In this document: one piece after another, positions 25,947-35,526 of the stretch | Layout of the letters: every line of letters starts with the position of its first letter | How positions within the stretch are numbered: position 1 is the stretch's first letter | Source: Polyangiaceae bacterium | GTDB taxonomy: Bacteria; Myxococcota_A; Polyangia; Polyangiales; Polyangiaceae | Direction: 5' to 3' | DNA: 64,000 bases | Assembly (NCBI GenBank): GCA_965222375.1 | Contig: CBDCTZ010000011.1 | Coordinates: forward strand, 416,001 to 480,000 | Position numbers and translations under genes: made by a program | The notes under the pieces: model-generated | The model's database searches: none | Told to the model about the DNA's origin: nothing | What the model saw: the letters and a program-made list of their open reading frames with translations, nothing else

Positions 25947-26831
25947 TTACTCACTGTCCGCTTCTGGTAGTACGCGGGTCACCACGACGGTGACGTTGTC
26001 GGTCGCGCCGCCCTCGAGGGTGCTTGCAATCAGCCGGTCGCAGGCAGACTCGGAGGTTTCTGCGGTCTTCAAGATCGTGGTGATGTCTTCCTCGGTGAGA
26101 TGCTTGGTCAAACCGTCGGTGCAGAGCAGGACGACGTCGCCTTCTTCCAGGGGCTGTTTTTGCATCTCGGGGACCATTTCATCCTCGCTCGTGCCAAGGG
26201 CGTTCCACAGTATGTGGTGCAAGGGAGAAGATGCCTCCAGAGCTGGGAAGCCCTGGGCTTTCATTTGTTCGGCAACCGTATGGTCAGTGGTCAGGCAATT
26301 CAGGATGCCGTGGCGCAGCACATAGCATCGGCTGTCGCCGGCATGCGCGACATACATGCGGGGCCACAGGATGTACGCCAGGGTGAGGGTAGTGCCCATG
26401 TTCGGAGAGGCGCCGGGCATGTCAGCTGCCTGGCGGACTTCCGAGTTGCCCGTGACTAGCGCGGTAGAAAGCTGGTCACGAACGCCGGGCAGAGTTGCGC
26501 GCGGCGAGGGCTCGAGTTCCTGGGCATGGCGCGAGGCCCAAGGCATCACGCTGCACACGTAGTCGGTGATGGATCGTACGGCGACACGGCTCGCGACGTG
26601 ACCGCCGCCTTGTCCGCCCATGCCGTCTGCCACCACCATCATGGTTCCTGCGGAACCCGCAGTGAGCCATTCCAGGTCTGTAGACGGCAGGCTGGAGTGC
26701 ATCACGCTCATGCGTCGGTCCAGCGCAGCGATCAAAAAAGCGTCTTCATTGGCTTTTCGCACCAGGCCGCGGTCCGTCCGACCAGCGACGTCCAAGCGGG
26801 GCTTGGTCGCCTGGGCAGTGTCCGGGGGCAT
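25947..26831 (-). CDS. PP2C/Stp1-family Ser/Thr protein phosphatase
   Basis: TDRGLVRKANED, VADGMGG, MGTT, HAGDSRCY, LCTDGL, DNVTVV. Confidence 0.93.
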   Translation of the reverse strand: MPPDTAQATKPRLDVAGRTDRGLVRKANEDAFLIAALDRRMSVMHSSLPSTDLEWLTAGSAGTMMVVADGMGGQGGGHVASRVAVRSITDYVCSVMPWASRHAQELEPSPRATLPGVRDQLSTALVTGNSEVRQAADMPGASPNMGTTLTLAYILWPRMYVAHAGDSRCYVLRHGILNCLTTDHTVAEQMKAQGFPALEASSPLHHILWNALGTSEDEMVPEMQKQPLEEGDVVLLCTDGLTKHLTEEDITTILKTAETSESACDRLIASTLEGGATDNVTVVVTRVLPEADSE

Positions 26832-27052
26832 GGTGGGAGCGTCGACGGGTGCCACGGGTTTTTCCAGACGATACCAGACGTGGGTCCCGGTTTGTGGTGT
26901 GTGGTCGCCGGGGTGGGCTGCGTCCGGCCGCGTGGCCGCTTTCAGCGCCGGGGCTTCGCACATTGCCTTACAAACTGCGACCAAAGTGAAGCCCTGGCGC
27001 AGATGGCCGGGCGCATCGCCCCCGCCGCGGGCTAGAGTGAAGATTGCTCCCA

Positions 27053-28174
27053 ATGCGCGTGACCGCCCGTCCCAAAGACAGGCTCGGTCCTTACGAGCTT
27101 GTGCGCCGCCTCGGCTCTGGCGGCATGGCCGAGGTCCATGAAGCCGTGTTGGAGGGCGCGCACGGTTTCGAGAAGCGGGTTGCGATCAAAGTCATGCTGC
27201 CGCATTTGGCTGAAGACCCTCGCTTGGTTGCAATGTTCTGCGACGAGGCCCGCGTGCATGCCAGCCTCTGCCACCCCAACCTGGTGCAGGTGTTGGACTT
27301 TGGTGAGTACGAAGGTCGGCTCTACCTGGTGCTGGAACTCGTCGACGGACCCTCAGTCCAGGAACTGTGTTTTCGAGCCTCTTGTCGGCGGCGGCCGGTC
27401 GAGTTGGAGCCTGCGCTGTATATCACCCAAGAGATACTGTGCGCGCTGGAGCATGCGCATTCGGCGTGCGACGAGTTCTCACGGCCGCTACATTTGGTTC
27501 ACCGTGATGTATCGCCCAGCAACATCTTGATGGGTACGGCGGGACAGGTAAAGCTCGGAGATTTCGGGATCGCGCGCACGGCAGAAATCGACGCTCGCAC
27601 TGCACCTGGCGAGATCAAAGGCAAGATCGGCTACGTATCCCCAGAGCAGGCTCTGGGGATCGCTTTGGACGAGCGGAGCGATCTTTTTTCCGTAGCGATC
27701 GTACTTTCCGAGATGCTCATTGGCGCCCCATTGTTTGAAGCAGACAACGACCTTCGAACTCTGGAACAGCTGCATTCTGGCGATCTCAGTCGGCTCTACG
27801 CGGCCGCAGACCGTGTGCCCGAAGACGTCATGTTGTTCCTGCAGCGAGCCTTGAAAACGCATCCCTCCCAGCGCTTCGAGTCTGCGTCCCACATGCTGTG
27901 GGCTGTCCGCGAACTCGCGCGTCGTCACCGTAAGCACATGACTGCGTATAGCTTCGCGATGTGGCTCAGCGATCTCGGCTTGGTCCCGGCAAGGAGCGAC
28001 GTTTTCGCCAAGCCTGCGCCCAGCATCGAGGACGCTTTGCGAGCTGCCGCCTGGGACGACGCCGACTCGGAGGCCACTACCCTCGTGGCTGATGCCGAGT
28101 CGGCGCTGCCTGGGGGGCCACCCGAGCTGCATCACGCGGTGGTCAGCAGCGGGCGACGGCGCCGAGATTCATAG
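27053..28174 (+). CDS. Hanks-type Ser/Thr protein kinase (RD type)
   Basis: GSGGMAEV, VAIK, HRDVSPSN, DFG, KGKIGYVSPEQ. Confidence 0.93.
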   Translation: MRVTARPKDRLGPYELVRRLGSGGMAEVHEAVLEGAHGFEKRVAIKVMLPHLAEDPRLVAMFCDEARVHASLCHPNLVQVLDFGEYEGRLYLVLELVDGPSVQELCFRASCRRRPVELEPALYITQEILCALEHAHSACDEFSRPLHLVHRDVSPSNILMGTAGQVKLGDFGIARTAEIDARTAPGEIKGKIGYVSPEQALGIALDERSDLFSVAIVLSEMLIGAPLFEADNDLRTLEQLHSGDLSRLYAAADRVPEDVMLFLQRALKTHPSQRFESASHMLWAVRELARRHRKHMTAYSFAMWLSDLGLVPARSDVFAKPAPSIEDALRAAAWDDADSEATTLVADAESALPGGPPELHHAVVSSGRRRRDS

Positions 28175-28564
28175 CGCGTGGCGGAGCAAAAGTTGCCCCT
28201 GGGCAGCTACGCCCAAACGCAGCTCTGCGTCGTGATGCTGCTCTGTGGTCAGGGCCTGGCGACTGAGCGCAGTGCCTGCGGCATGGGTTTCGCTGTCGTG
28301 GGTGGGTTGAGCGGTGGCCTGCATGCGCAAGTTGCCACCCAGTTTCAGCTCGCGGGTGACGTTGAGCTCAGCGCCGATTCCCAGGAAGGCGATCCCGAAC
28401 ACGCGCGCGTTCTGGGCGCCGCCGACGCGAACGTGGGTCCACTCGGCGACACCTCCGCGTGGAGCCATCGCAAGCGGCGTGCCGCCGTGAAACTGGGGCT
28501 TGCACCGGTCCGAGAGCGCGAAGTGGAAACGCTGCTCCACGTCGGCGAGAGGACGACAATTCAC
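28169..28564 (-). other. Possible fragment of an outer-membrane beta-barrel-like gene
   Basis: Alternating hydrophobic strands (FLGIGAELNVTRELKLGGNLRM, AQGQLLLRHAL); no signal peptide. Confidence 0.3.
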
Positions 28565-28615
28565 GAATGAATGTGCCGGGCCTTCGCAGCAACACAGGGC
28601 TTCGCGATCGCCTGT

Positions 28616-29485
28616 CTAGCGACGAAGGCGCGCGTCAATTTCGTTCGCACCCGGACGGTGCTCGGGACTCGTGCGCATCAGATCGACGCACAGCTGATCC
28701 AGATCTTCGGGCACACCCGCCACGAATAGGCCGGGGGAGGGAGCACCGACGCTGCGCTTTCGCACGAAGATCTCCCCCGCAGTGCCGGCAAAGGGCAAGG
28801 CACCAGTCAGGACTTCGAACAGCGTGACGCCCAAGGCGTACCAGTCTGTGGCAGGGGTGATGTTCTGAGCACGCCACTGCTCTGGTGCCATGTAGGCTGC
28901 GGTACCGACCGGGCTTGCCTGGGCGTCGGCCCGTCCCGTCCGTCGCGCCAAGCCCAGGTCCAACACCACGGCGCGACCCTCCTCTACTCGAACGTTGTCG
29001 GGCCGAACATCACAGTGAACCCACCCCAGCTCGTGCATTTTCGCCAGGCCCTGGCTGACATGCAGCATGGCCTCTCGGGCACGCGTGAAACCGATGTCAT
29101 CGCAGCTTCGGAACTCACTTTCATTTCGCTCGTTGACCTCGCTGCCGAGAAGCAACAGGGTCGAGCTGCCCTGGGTGGGCCGGTGGGTTGGCGGCTCCGC
29201 GTGCTCTCGAACGTAGGACAGCAGGTCAGGCCCCTGCACCAGCGGCATGATGCAGTACGGTGGCCTTTCGTCGGGAAAGACATCGAGGACTTGCACGAGA
29301 TTGGGGTGAGCCACGCGGCTGAATTCTTCCAGCGCCTCGGCCCACTGCGGGGCGTGCTGTTGTCCATCCAGCAGCTTGAGCGCGACCCCTCGTGCGGTCT
29401 GGGGCTCGACGGCCTCGAAAACGCTTCCGGATGCGCCCCTTGCCAACAAGCGCAGGATTTCGTACTCGCCGATCTTGCGGTTCAT
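28616..29485 (-). CDS. Ser/Thr protein kinase, stand-alone catalytic domain (HCD, DLG variants)
   Basis: ARGASGSV, VALK, HCDVRPDN, DLG, GTAAYMAPEQ. Confidence 0.88.
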   Translation of the reverse strand: MNRKIGEYEILRLLARGASGSVFEAVEPQTARGVALKLLDGQQHAPQWAEALEEFSRVAHPNLVQVLDVFPDERPPYCIMPLVQGPDLLSYVREHAEPPTHRPTQGSSTLLLLGSEVNERNESEFRSCDDIGFTRAREAMLHVSQGLAKMHELGWVHCDVRPDNVRVEEGRAVVLDLGLARRTGRADAQASPVGTAAYMAPEQWRAQNITPATDWYALGVTLFEVLTGALPFAGTAGEIFVRKRSVGAPSPGLFVAGVPEDLDQLCVDLMRTSPEHRPGANEIDARLRR

Positions 29486-29528
29486 GGCCTGCTACCCAAC
29501 GCCGCGGGGCCCAGCAGCGCGGTGGCGG

Positions 29529-30848
29529 TCATGGGTTGGTCTGAAAATCGTAAATGGATCCGATGCCCAGCAGCTCGGTTAGCTCGTCCAGGGCACCGCA
29601 GCTTTCTTCCCACAGCTTGGGATCGCGCAGGTCCTCGAGCCGCAGGGTTGGACGGTAGTGCTTGTTCACCCATTCTTCCAAGCGTGACACTCGCCCCTCG
29701 TTCATGACCACGCCCGCGGGCAACGTTCGGGCCTCCTCCTGGGTCAGACGCACGCGCAAGCGCAGGCAGGCGGGGCCGCCTCCGTTCTTCATGGACTCGT
29801 TGACTTTGACCCAATGAATCGCGCTGATGTGTTGGCTGGTCTCGACCACGCGCTCGAGGAAGCTGCGAGCCGCGGGCTGCTGTTGGGCTTCTGCCGGGGC
29901 CACTATGCCCAAAGAGCCATCCTCGGTGGTCACCAGCTGGGAGTTGAAGGGATAGGAAAGAACAGCCTTGGCGACGGGCAGTTCGCTGTCCGTGGCGACG
30001 ATCACCTCGAACTCGTCCCCCAATTCTGCGCGGAGTTGCCGCTGTAGGTCATCAGGATCGACAAAGGCATGCTCGTGCATCAACAGCACGCGCTCATGTC
30101 CGACAGCAAGAACGTCCGAGTGGAAAGAGCCTGCATCGATGCCCACCGGGCTCTGCTGGCGAAAGAGTACTTTCGCGCCTCGAATTGACGCGCGGCGTGC
30201 AACCGCTTCGGACGCCTCCAAGGCCTGACGCGCTCGGTGAACCGACGGGGCCGTTATGGTCATTGCTTCGCTGCGGCCCCACCCGAATAGATGCAAGCTT
30301 GCGGAACTGGTGAACAGACGAGTGTGGTTTGCTGCGCCTTCGTCCGTGAAGTGAGGAACACAAGGCAGCGGATCGTGGACTTTGAAGTGGCTGGTGTCAG
30401 CAAAGATCCCGCGCAAGATCCGTGTCGTGACCTGCGCCTCTATGGCGCGGTGAGTTTGTGCTGCCAAGTTGGCGACGAGCAGTTGAACGCGTCCGTCCTG
30501 GGCATCGCTGGAGGGCACGACCGTCGCCGCGTTAGCCGCCCACATTGAAGAGGCGCTGCTATAGGCTGCGAGCAGTCCCGCGGCATCTGCGGCCGCAAGC
30601 ACATCGGAATCCGGGCCCGTGAAACCGAGGGCGCGCAGCTGCGGAAGCGCAGGGCGCGGCTGCGGCGGTAGGACTGCCTGGGGGACTCCCAAGCGCATCA
30701 ACGTGCGCATTTTTGCGAGGCCCTCGAGGGCTGCGGAGCGGGGGTTGCCTAGGTCGCCCGCATGGCGTTGCGCGGCCAGATTGCCCTGCGCCAGGCCGGC
30801 GAAGTTGTGGGTGGGGCCCACGATTCCATCGAAGTTGAACTCAGGCAT
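29529..30848 (-). CDS. astB: N-succinylarginine dihydrolase
   Basis: EFNFDGIVGPTHNFAGL, SASSMWAANAATV, DEGAANH, FHSDV, SMKNGGGPACLRLRV, GSIYDFQ. Confidence 0.95.
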   Translation of the reverse strand: MPEFNFDGIVGPTHNFAGLAQGNLAAQRHAGDLGNPRSAALEGLAKMRTLMRLGVPQAVLPPQPRPALPQLRALGFTGPDSDVLAAADAAGLLAAYSSASSMWAANAATVVPSSDAQDGRVQLLVANLAAQTHRAIEAQVTTRILRGIFADTSHFKVHDPLPCVPHFTDEGAANHTRLFTSSASLHLFGWGRSEAMTITAPSVHRARQALEASEAVARRASIRGAKVLFRQQSPVGIDAGSFHSDVLAVGHERVLLMHEHAFVDPDDLQRQLRAELGDEFEVIVATDSELPVAKAVLSYPFNSQLVTTEDGSLGIVAPAEAQQQPAARSFLERVVETSQHISAIHWVKVNESMKNGGGPACLRLRVRLTQEEARTLPAGVVMNEGRVSRLEEWVNKHYRPTLRLEDLRDPKLWEESCGALDELTELLGIGSIYDFQTNP

Positions 30849-30897
30849 GGCGCGCCGCGCCGCCAGTCTACTCTCTCCCAGGAAAACCGCCGAACCC

Positions 30898-31095
30898 TCA
30901 GTTGGTTCGCCACTTTGCAAGGGAGACGACCGAAAGCAGGCCCGCGCATACCAACACGAGGGCCACGCGCGCTGTCCACGCGGCTTGAGAGGGGGCCCCC
31001 GGGCCGCCGAGGCCCGCGACCAAGCTAGCGCCCAAGGCGGCGGCTCCAAAGGCCAGAACCGGACCGCGCACGGCGGCCATATTTCTGCGCAGCAT
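30898..31095 (-). CDS. Small two-helix membrane protein (hypothetical)
   Basis: 65 aa with two hydrophobic segments; fills the gap between co-oriented genes. Confidence 0.4.
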   Translation of the reverse strand: MLRRNMAAVRGPVLAFGAAALGASLVAGLGGPGAPSQAAWTARVALVLVCAGLLSVVSLAKWRTN

Positions 31096-31163
31096 GTTGA
31101 TGGCCGTCTAACTCGGACCAGCGATGTCGGCAAAATAACCGAGCCCGGCTGGGTGGAGGCCGC

Positions 31164-31760
31164 TCATCCGTCTTCGCGGGTGGCTTCACGTAGCAGCGTC
31201 GCAGCGCGACCGCTCAAGGTCGTCGAAAGCGTTTGCGCCTCGGCACGTGCCGCGTCGCTCATCTTTTCCCAGGTCGTGCGTACGATGTGCAGCACCTTTT
31301 CGTCCGGATGCGCATCAATGAACTTCGTGAAGTCGTGCTCCAGGAAGCTCAAGCACAGCGCGTCCTCCATGGTCTGAACGTCCGGATCCAGGTTCATCCC
31401 CTGTTTGAGTATGATGCGCCGCACCTTGGAAATGACCTGCGTATCGTAGCCGACCCGCTTGAGTACCTGCTCTGCTTCGGCAGCGTGAAATCGGGCCGCT
31501 GCTTTGCGCCACTGAAGATACCCGGCGCGGCCATCAGGGAAGTCGCTGCGCGGGAAGCGGAAGCGCATCAGGTGCTGGCAGCGCGCTGCCAGCCGAAGAG
31601 GCTCAGACGCCTCAGGAGAGAGCCGCTCGACCCACCCCGCCACATGGTCCGCGTGAACCAGGGATCGGGCTCGCGGCTCGCCGTCGATCTTGACCGTTGT
31701 GGGATCTTCCCCGTTGAGCCGGTCGAACTCGGCCACGGCACGGTCGAAGAGGGTGCTCAC
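31164..31760 (-). CDS. DUF4202 family protein
   Basis: FD..NGEDP, LAARCQHL.R...PRSDFPDGRAGYLQWR, QTMEDALCL.FL, TW.KMS; GTG start at 31760 (ATG 31805 possible). Confidence 0.85.
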   Translation of the reverse strand: MSTLFDRAVAEFDRLNGEDPTTVKIDGEPRARSLVHADHVAGWVERLSPEASEPLRLAARCQHLMRFRFPRSDFPDGRAGYLQWRKAAARFHAAEAEQVLKRVGYDTQVISKVRRIILKQGMNLDPDVQTMEDALCLSFLEHDFTKFIDAHPDEKVLHIVRTTWEKMSDAARAEAQTLSTTLSGRAATLLREATREDG

Positions 31761-31845
31761 GCATCTTGATGTAGCAGGCTCCGGGCGATGGGGTGGCAAA
31801 GACATGCACCTAGCCCTGTGAAATCAGGGGCATTTTTAAAATTAA

Positions 31846-31861
31846 CTGTACGCAATATCAG
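31846..31861 (+). promoter_or_regulatory. Putative LexA (SOS) box upstream of recN
   Basis: CTGTACGCAATATCAG (CTG-N10-CAG) in an AT-rich island, 23 nt before the recN ATG. Confidence 0.65.
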
Positions 31862-31884
31862 TACATACTATACGTATCATCAGC

Positions 31885-33654
31885 ATGTTGACGTATCTAC
31901 GAATCCGCGGCCTCGGCTTGCTCTCGGACGTCGCCATGGAGCTTGGGCCCGGTTTGACCGTCCTGACCGGGGAGACGGGTGCGGGCAAGTCCATCATTGC
32001 CGAAGCGCTACTGTTGGTACGTGGCTCTCGGGGCCGTGCGGACCTGGTGCGAAGTGGCGAACCATCCCTGCGCATTGACGCCCAATTCGACCTTTCCGGG
32101 GCGCCGCTCCGGGCTGTGGAAAGCGTGGCGGCCCAGCGGCAGCTGAAGTCGGATGAAGTTGGAGAGCTCTTGGCTCAACGAGTCGTGCAGCGGACCGGAC
32201 GCGGGCGGTGCCAACTACAGGGAGAGCTGGTACCGAATGCGTCGCTGTCTGCCGTCGGTGCCCACCTACTCGCTGTGTGCAGCCAACACGAACATCACTC
32301 GCTGACATCCGTCTCCAAACACCTCGAGTTGCTCGACGCCTATGCCGGCTTGAACGACCTCGTCAGAGAGTACAGCGTGGTCTGGGGACAACTGCGTGAT
32401 GTCGAGCGGCAGGCCGCGGCCCAGGCCGCGGAAGCGGGCCTGGCGGAGCGTCGCGCTGAGTTCCTGCGACATCTGGTAGACGAGCTTTCTGAGTTGGCAC
32501 CGATGGAAGGGGAGTGGGACGAACTCAACGCACGTCTGAAACTGCTCTCTGGCGCAACCGAATACCTGGAGTATGCGGGGCAGGTGCGGGAACGCCTCTA
32601 CGACGACGACGATGCGGTCGTGACGCGGCTCTCCCGCCTGGCCTCGGTTGCGGAAAAGGGAGCGGGCCAGTCACCGCACCTGCAAGCACTGGCAAACGAG
32701 CTGCGGGCCGGGATGCTTGCGTGCGAAGAGGCGGCGGGCCACGCCTCTCGGCTGGCGAATAGTCTGGAAGTGGACCCGGCGGCGCTGAAGGCCGCTGAAA
32801 GGCGTCTGGACTCGCTTGCAACGGTAGCCGCCAAACATCGCGTCAAGCCGGACCGCCTGCCGGGTCTGCTAGACGAGTTGAGCGCCGAGCTCGAAGACCT
32901 AGAGTCCCATGGTGAGCGTGGGGAGGCGTTGGAGCTGCGCATCTCCGAGCTGCGCTCGCGCGCAGGCGCCCTGGCCAGCGTACTCTCAGAGCGGCGGCGA
33001 GCGGCATCCAAGCGCATGGGGGCTGCTTTGCGCACCGAGTTGGACGAGTTGTGCATGACCGCTGCGCGAATAGAGGCGCAAGTGCATAGAGACGAGGAAG
33101 GGTTCGGGCCGCGGGGCTGCGACCGAGTCGAACTACATTTTTCCGCGAACTCCGGGGAAGAGCTTGCACCGTTGTCCCAGGTCGCTTCCGGCGGCGAGCT
33201 GTCCCGGGTGCTTCTGGCGATACAGGGCGTGCTTTCTCGAGAAGACTCCGTGGCGGCCTACGTTTTCGACGAGGTCGATGCCGGTGTGGGTGGCGCCGTC
33301 GCGGAGGCGATCGGGCGGCGTTTGCGGAACATCTCCGAACAGAGGCAAGTGATCTGTATCACCCATCTGCCTCAAATCGCGGCCTTCGGCGATGCGCACT
33401 TTCGAGTCGAAAAGTCGGTGCAGGCTGGGCGAACGGTCACGAGCGTCGAGCACTTGGACGAGGAAGAGAGCGTGGAGGAGATTGCGCGCATGTTGGCCGG
33501 TGCCCGCGTGACGAAGAGTGCTCGTGAGCATGCACGGGAACTGCGGCGCGCTGCGCACGCGGCGCCTTTGCGGGTCGTTGCCGGAGCAAAGGCGGCTGAG
33601 CCCGCCGTCCGACGTTCTCGGAAGGCGGGCCCAGCGCGCCGTGCCTGTGGCTGA
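31885..33654 (+). CDS. recN: DNA repair protein RecN
   Basis: LTGETGAGKS, SQHEH, ASGGELSR, FDEVDAGVGG, ITHLPQIAA, EEIARML. Confidence 0.95.
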   Translation: MLTYLRIRGLGLLSDVAMELGPGLTVLTGETGAGKSIIAEALLLVRGSRGRADLVRSGEPSLRIDAQFDLSGAPLRAVESVAAQRQLKSDEVGELLAQRVVQRTGRGRCQLQGELVPNASLSAVGAHLLAVCSQHEHHSLTSVSKHLELLDAYAGLNDLVREYSVVWGQLRDVERQAAAQAAEAGLAERRAEFLRHLVDELSELAPMEGEWDELNARLKLLSGATEYLEYAGQVRERLYDDDDAVVTRLSRLASVAEKGAGQSPHLQALANELRAGMLACEEAAGHASRLANSLEVDPAALKAAERRLDSLATVAAKHRVKPDRLPGLLDELSAELEDLESHGERGEALELRISELRSRAGALASVLSERRRAASKRMGAALRTELDELCMTAARIEAQVHRDEEGFGPRGCDRVELHFSANSGEELAPLSQVASGGELSRVLLAIQGVLSREDSVAAYVFDEVDAGVGGAVAEAIGRRLRNISEQRQVICITHLPQIAAFGDAHFRVEKSVQAGRTVTSVEHLDEEESVEEIARMLAGARVTKSAREHARELRRAAHAAPLRVVAGAKAAEPAVRRSRKAGPARRACG

Positions 33655-33658
33655 GGGA

Positions 33659-34252
33659 CTAGAAAGTGCCGCCCAGGCTCAGGCCGCCCCAGGGGGTGAA
33701 CCCGTTCTGTGTCACCAGAGGTGTGAATCCCACCTTGAACAGGAAGCCCCCGTCCAAAGGCTGATAGCGATAGCCCGCCGTCGCGGTTCCCGCGACGCCA
33801 ACGCCGCTTGCGCTCGCGGAAAGGCCGCCGCTCTCGGCTTCCCCTCCCGTGTAGACCACGAGAGCGCCGGCGCCGAGTTCGAAGCTATGGCCGCCGCCGC
33901 CGAGGAGGTAGTTCGCCATGATCGGCGCCGTCATCAGGGTCACCTTGGCAGAGGCGTCTTGGCCGCTCCCATCCGTCGCGCTTGCTCCAATGGAAAAATA
34001 GCTGAATCCAACTCGGGCCATCACATTGTCCATCAGCGCCCGCTCGTAGTTGATCGAGTACAACCCTCCGTTGCCGAGCAACTCGAGGTAGACGGCGTTC
34101 TTCGCCGTGCGCTTGTCCTCCGTCTTCACAACGGGGTTGTCGTTAGCCCGGTCATAGGTTGGGGGAGGCAACTCCGACGCTGCAGCCGGCGAAGCCAAGC
34201 CGAGACCAAGAGCAGCAAAGGAAACTGAAGCGATAAGCATTGAAGTTTTCAT
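33659..34252 (-). CDS. Small outer-membrane beta-barrel-like protein
   Basis: Signal peptide ending PAAA; NAVYLELLGNGGLYSINYER; GYRYQP..GG; C-terminal Phe (LSLGGTF). Confidence 0.75.
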   Translation of the reverse strand: MKTSMLIASVSFAALGLGLASPAAASELPPPTYDRANDNPVVKTEDKRTAKNAVYLELLGNGGLYSINYERALMDNVMARVGFSYFSIGASATDGSGQDASAKVTLMTAPIMANYLLGGGGHSFELGAGALVVYTGGEAESGGLSASASGVGVAGTATAGYRYQPLDGGFLFKVGFTPLVTQNGFTPWGGLSLGGTF

Positions 34253-34300
34253 GATCCGTCCTTTCTCCAAGTGGCCTTGGGGGGCCATGCTTCAGGGAAG

Positions 34301-34317
34301 AGCAACCGCGATGCCAA
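34301..34317 (-). promoter_or_regulatory. Sigma-54 (-24/-12) promoter
   Basis: Minus strand TTGGCATCGCGGTTGCT = GG-N10-GC, about 48 nt upstream of ATG 34252. Confidence 0.7.
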
Positions 34318-34467
34318 GACTGGTGACCGCTGGATTCATCCGCTAGCAATGGAAGATGGGGAGCTCGACGAAATCGTCCCCGTACAACGCTTTCGGGGGA
34401 ACTGGCGCACGAGATCTCGCTGAATCGTCACGAACTTCTTCGTAACGCCCGTTACGCGTGCCGTCAC

Positions 34468-34500
34468 AAAAAAAGCGGAGTGGCCCGAAGGCCACCCCAC
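34468..34500 (-). terminator. Rho-independent terminator
   Basis: Minus strand GTGGGGTGGCC-TTCG-GGCCACTCCGC-TTTTTTT (cUUCGg loop), 22 nt after the stop at 34523. Confidence 0.9.
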
Positions 34501-34522
34501 CCGGCACGGGAGTGATGGGCGA

Positions 34523-35452
34523 TCAGAATGCCGTAGCCGGAGGTTCTGAGAACTGACCGGGGAAGGGGTCCGCATTGCGGCGTCGGTTCACTTCCTCGCG
34601 GTTCCAAGGGAAGCTCGAGCCGCGCTCGTGAAAGAAGGCCACTCCAATCACGCCGACATTGCGTGCCTTGCCTTTCTTCGCCGCGTAGGAACCCTTGACG
34701 GATCCGAAGCGAAACGCGGCAACGGTGTCGAAGCTGCGGCGAAACCCGTCGATCTCCACTGTCGAGAAGGGTGCCAGGATGTAGCCGCGGTTCCTGAAAG
34801 AACCATTTCGGCCATTGATGACGTCGAGTCCGTCAACACTGGCGACCGCTTCGAAGCGACCACCGGTGTGGTTGCGAAGTTGGATGGTGTAGCGCTGGCC
34901 GTGCTGCCCGACCACGTAGGTGTTCTCGCCGTTGTTGAACCCCTCCAAGGGGTGACCACTGCTATCGAGGAGCCGCACGGTGATGGCGCCCCCTGCAACG
35001 CGGGCCTGTCCGTTGCCGAAGCTGCTGACTCCGTCGCGTCGCGCCATTGCGCGAGCGCCCGCCTTGTCATTGTAGAAGAGCTTCGCAACCGCAAAGGGGC
35101 TGGAAGACTCCCGAAAGAACGGTGCAGTGCTCACACGGCTGCTGCGATTCTCGCCCCACTTCGTGCCGAGGCCGGGGCGCGCATCGGCGGAACGCTCGCG
35201 ATGCTTCTGCACCGCAGAGCCGCCGGCAGCGCTCTCCGCGGCAGGCGCGGAGGGAGCAGGCTGGTCAGCGGACGGAGCCTCTTCGCCGTCGAAGCCCGCG
35301 CTGTCGCCGTAAGCGCCAGGCTCACCTTGAACCTCTGCCGAGCTAGGCTCACCCGCCGGCGAGCTTGCCACTGCCCCCGGCCTCTTGGCGCCGCCGCAAC
35401 CGACGGCCAATCCTGCCAACACCCCAACAAAAACAATGAATTTAGTTCGCAT
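34523..35452 (-). CDS. Conserved hypothetical lipoprotein
   Basis: Lipobox AVGC; GQRYTIQLRN..GGRFEAVASVDGLDVI, EIDGFRRS, RNVGVIGVAFF. Confidence 0.8.
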   Translation of the reverse strand: MRTKFIVFVGVLAGLAVGCGGAKRPGAVASSPAGEPSSAEVQGEPGAYGDSAGFDGEEAPSADQPAPSAPAAESAAGGSAVQKHRERSADARPGLGTKWGENRSSRVSTAPFFRESSSPFAVAKLFYNDKAGARAMARRDGVSSFGNGQARVAGGAITVRLLDSSGHPLEGFNNGENTYVVGQHGQRYTIQLRNHTGGRFEAVASVDGLDVINGRNGSFRNRGYILAPFSTVEIDGFRRSFDTVAAFRFGSVKGSYAAKKGKARNVGVIGVAFFHERGSSFPWNREEVNRRRNADPFPGQFSEPPATAF

Positions 35453-35526
35453 CGCCCTAGCCTCCGTGGATTCAAAGGCAAAACGGGGCAGCCCGGGTGC
35501 CCTTACAGGAGAGGCCCATACTTTTG

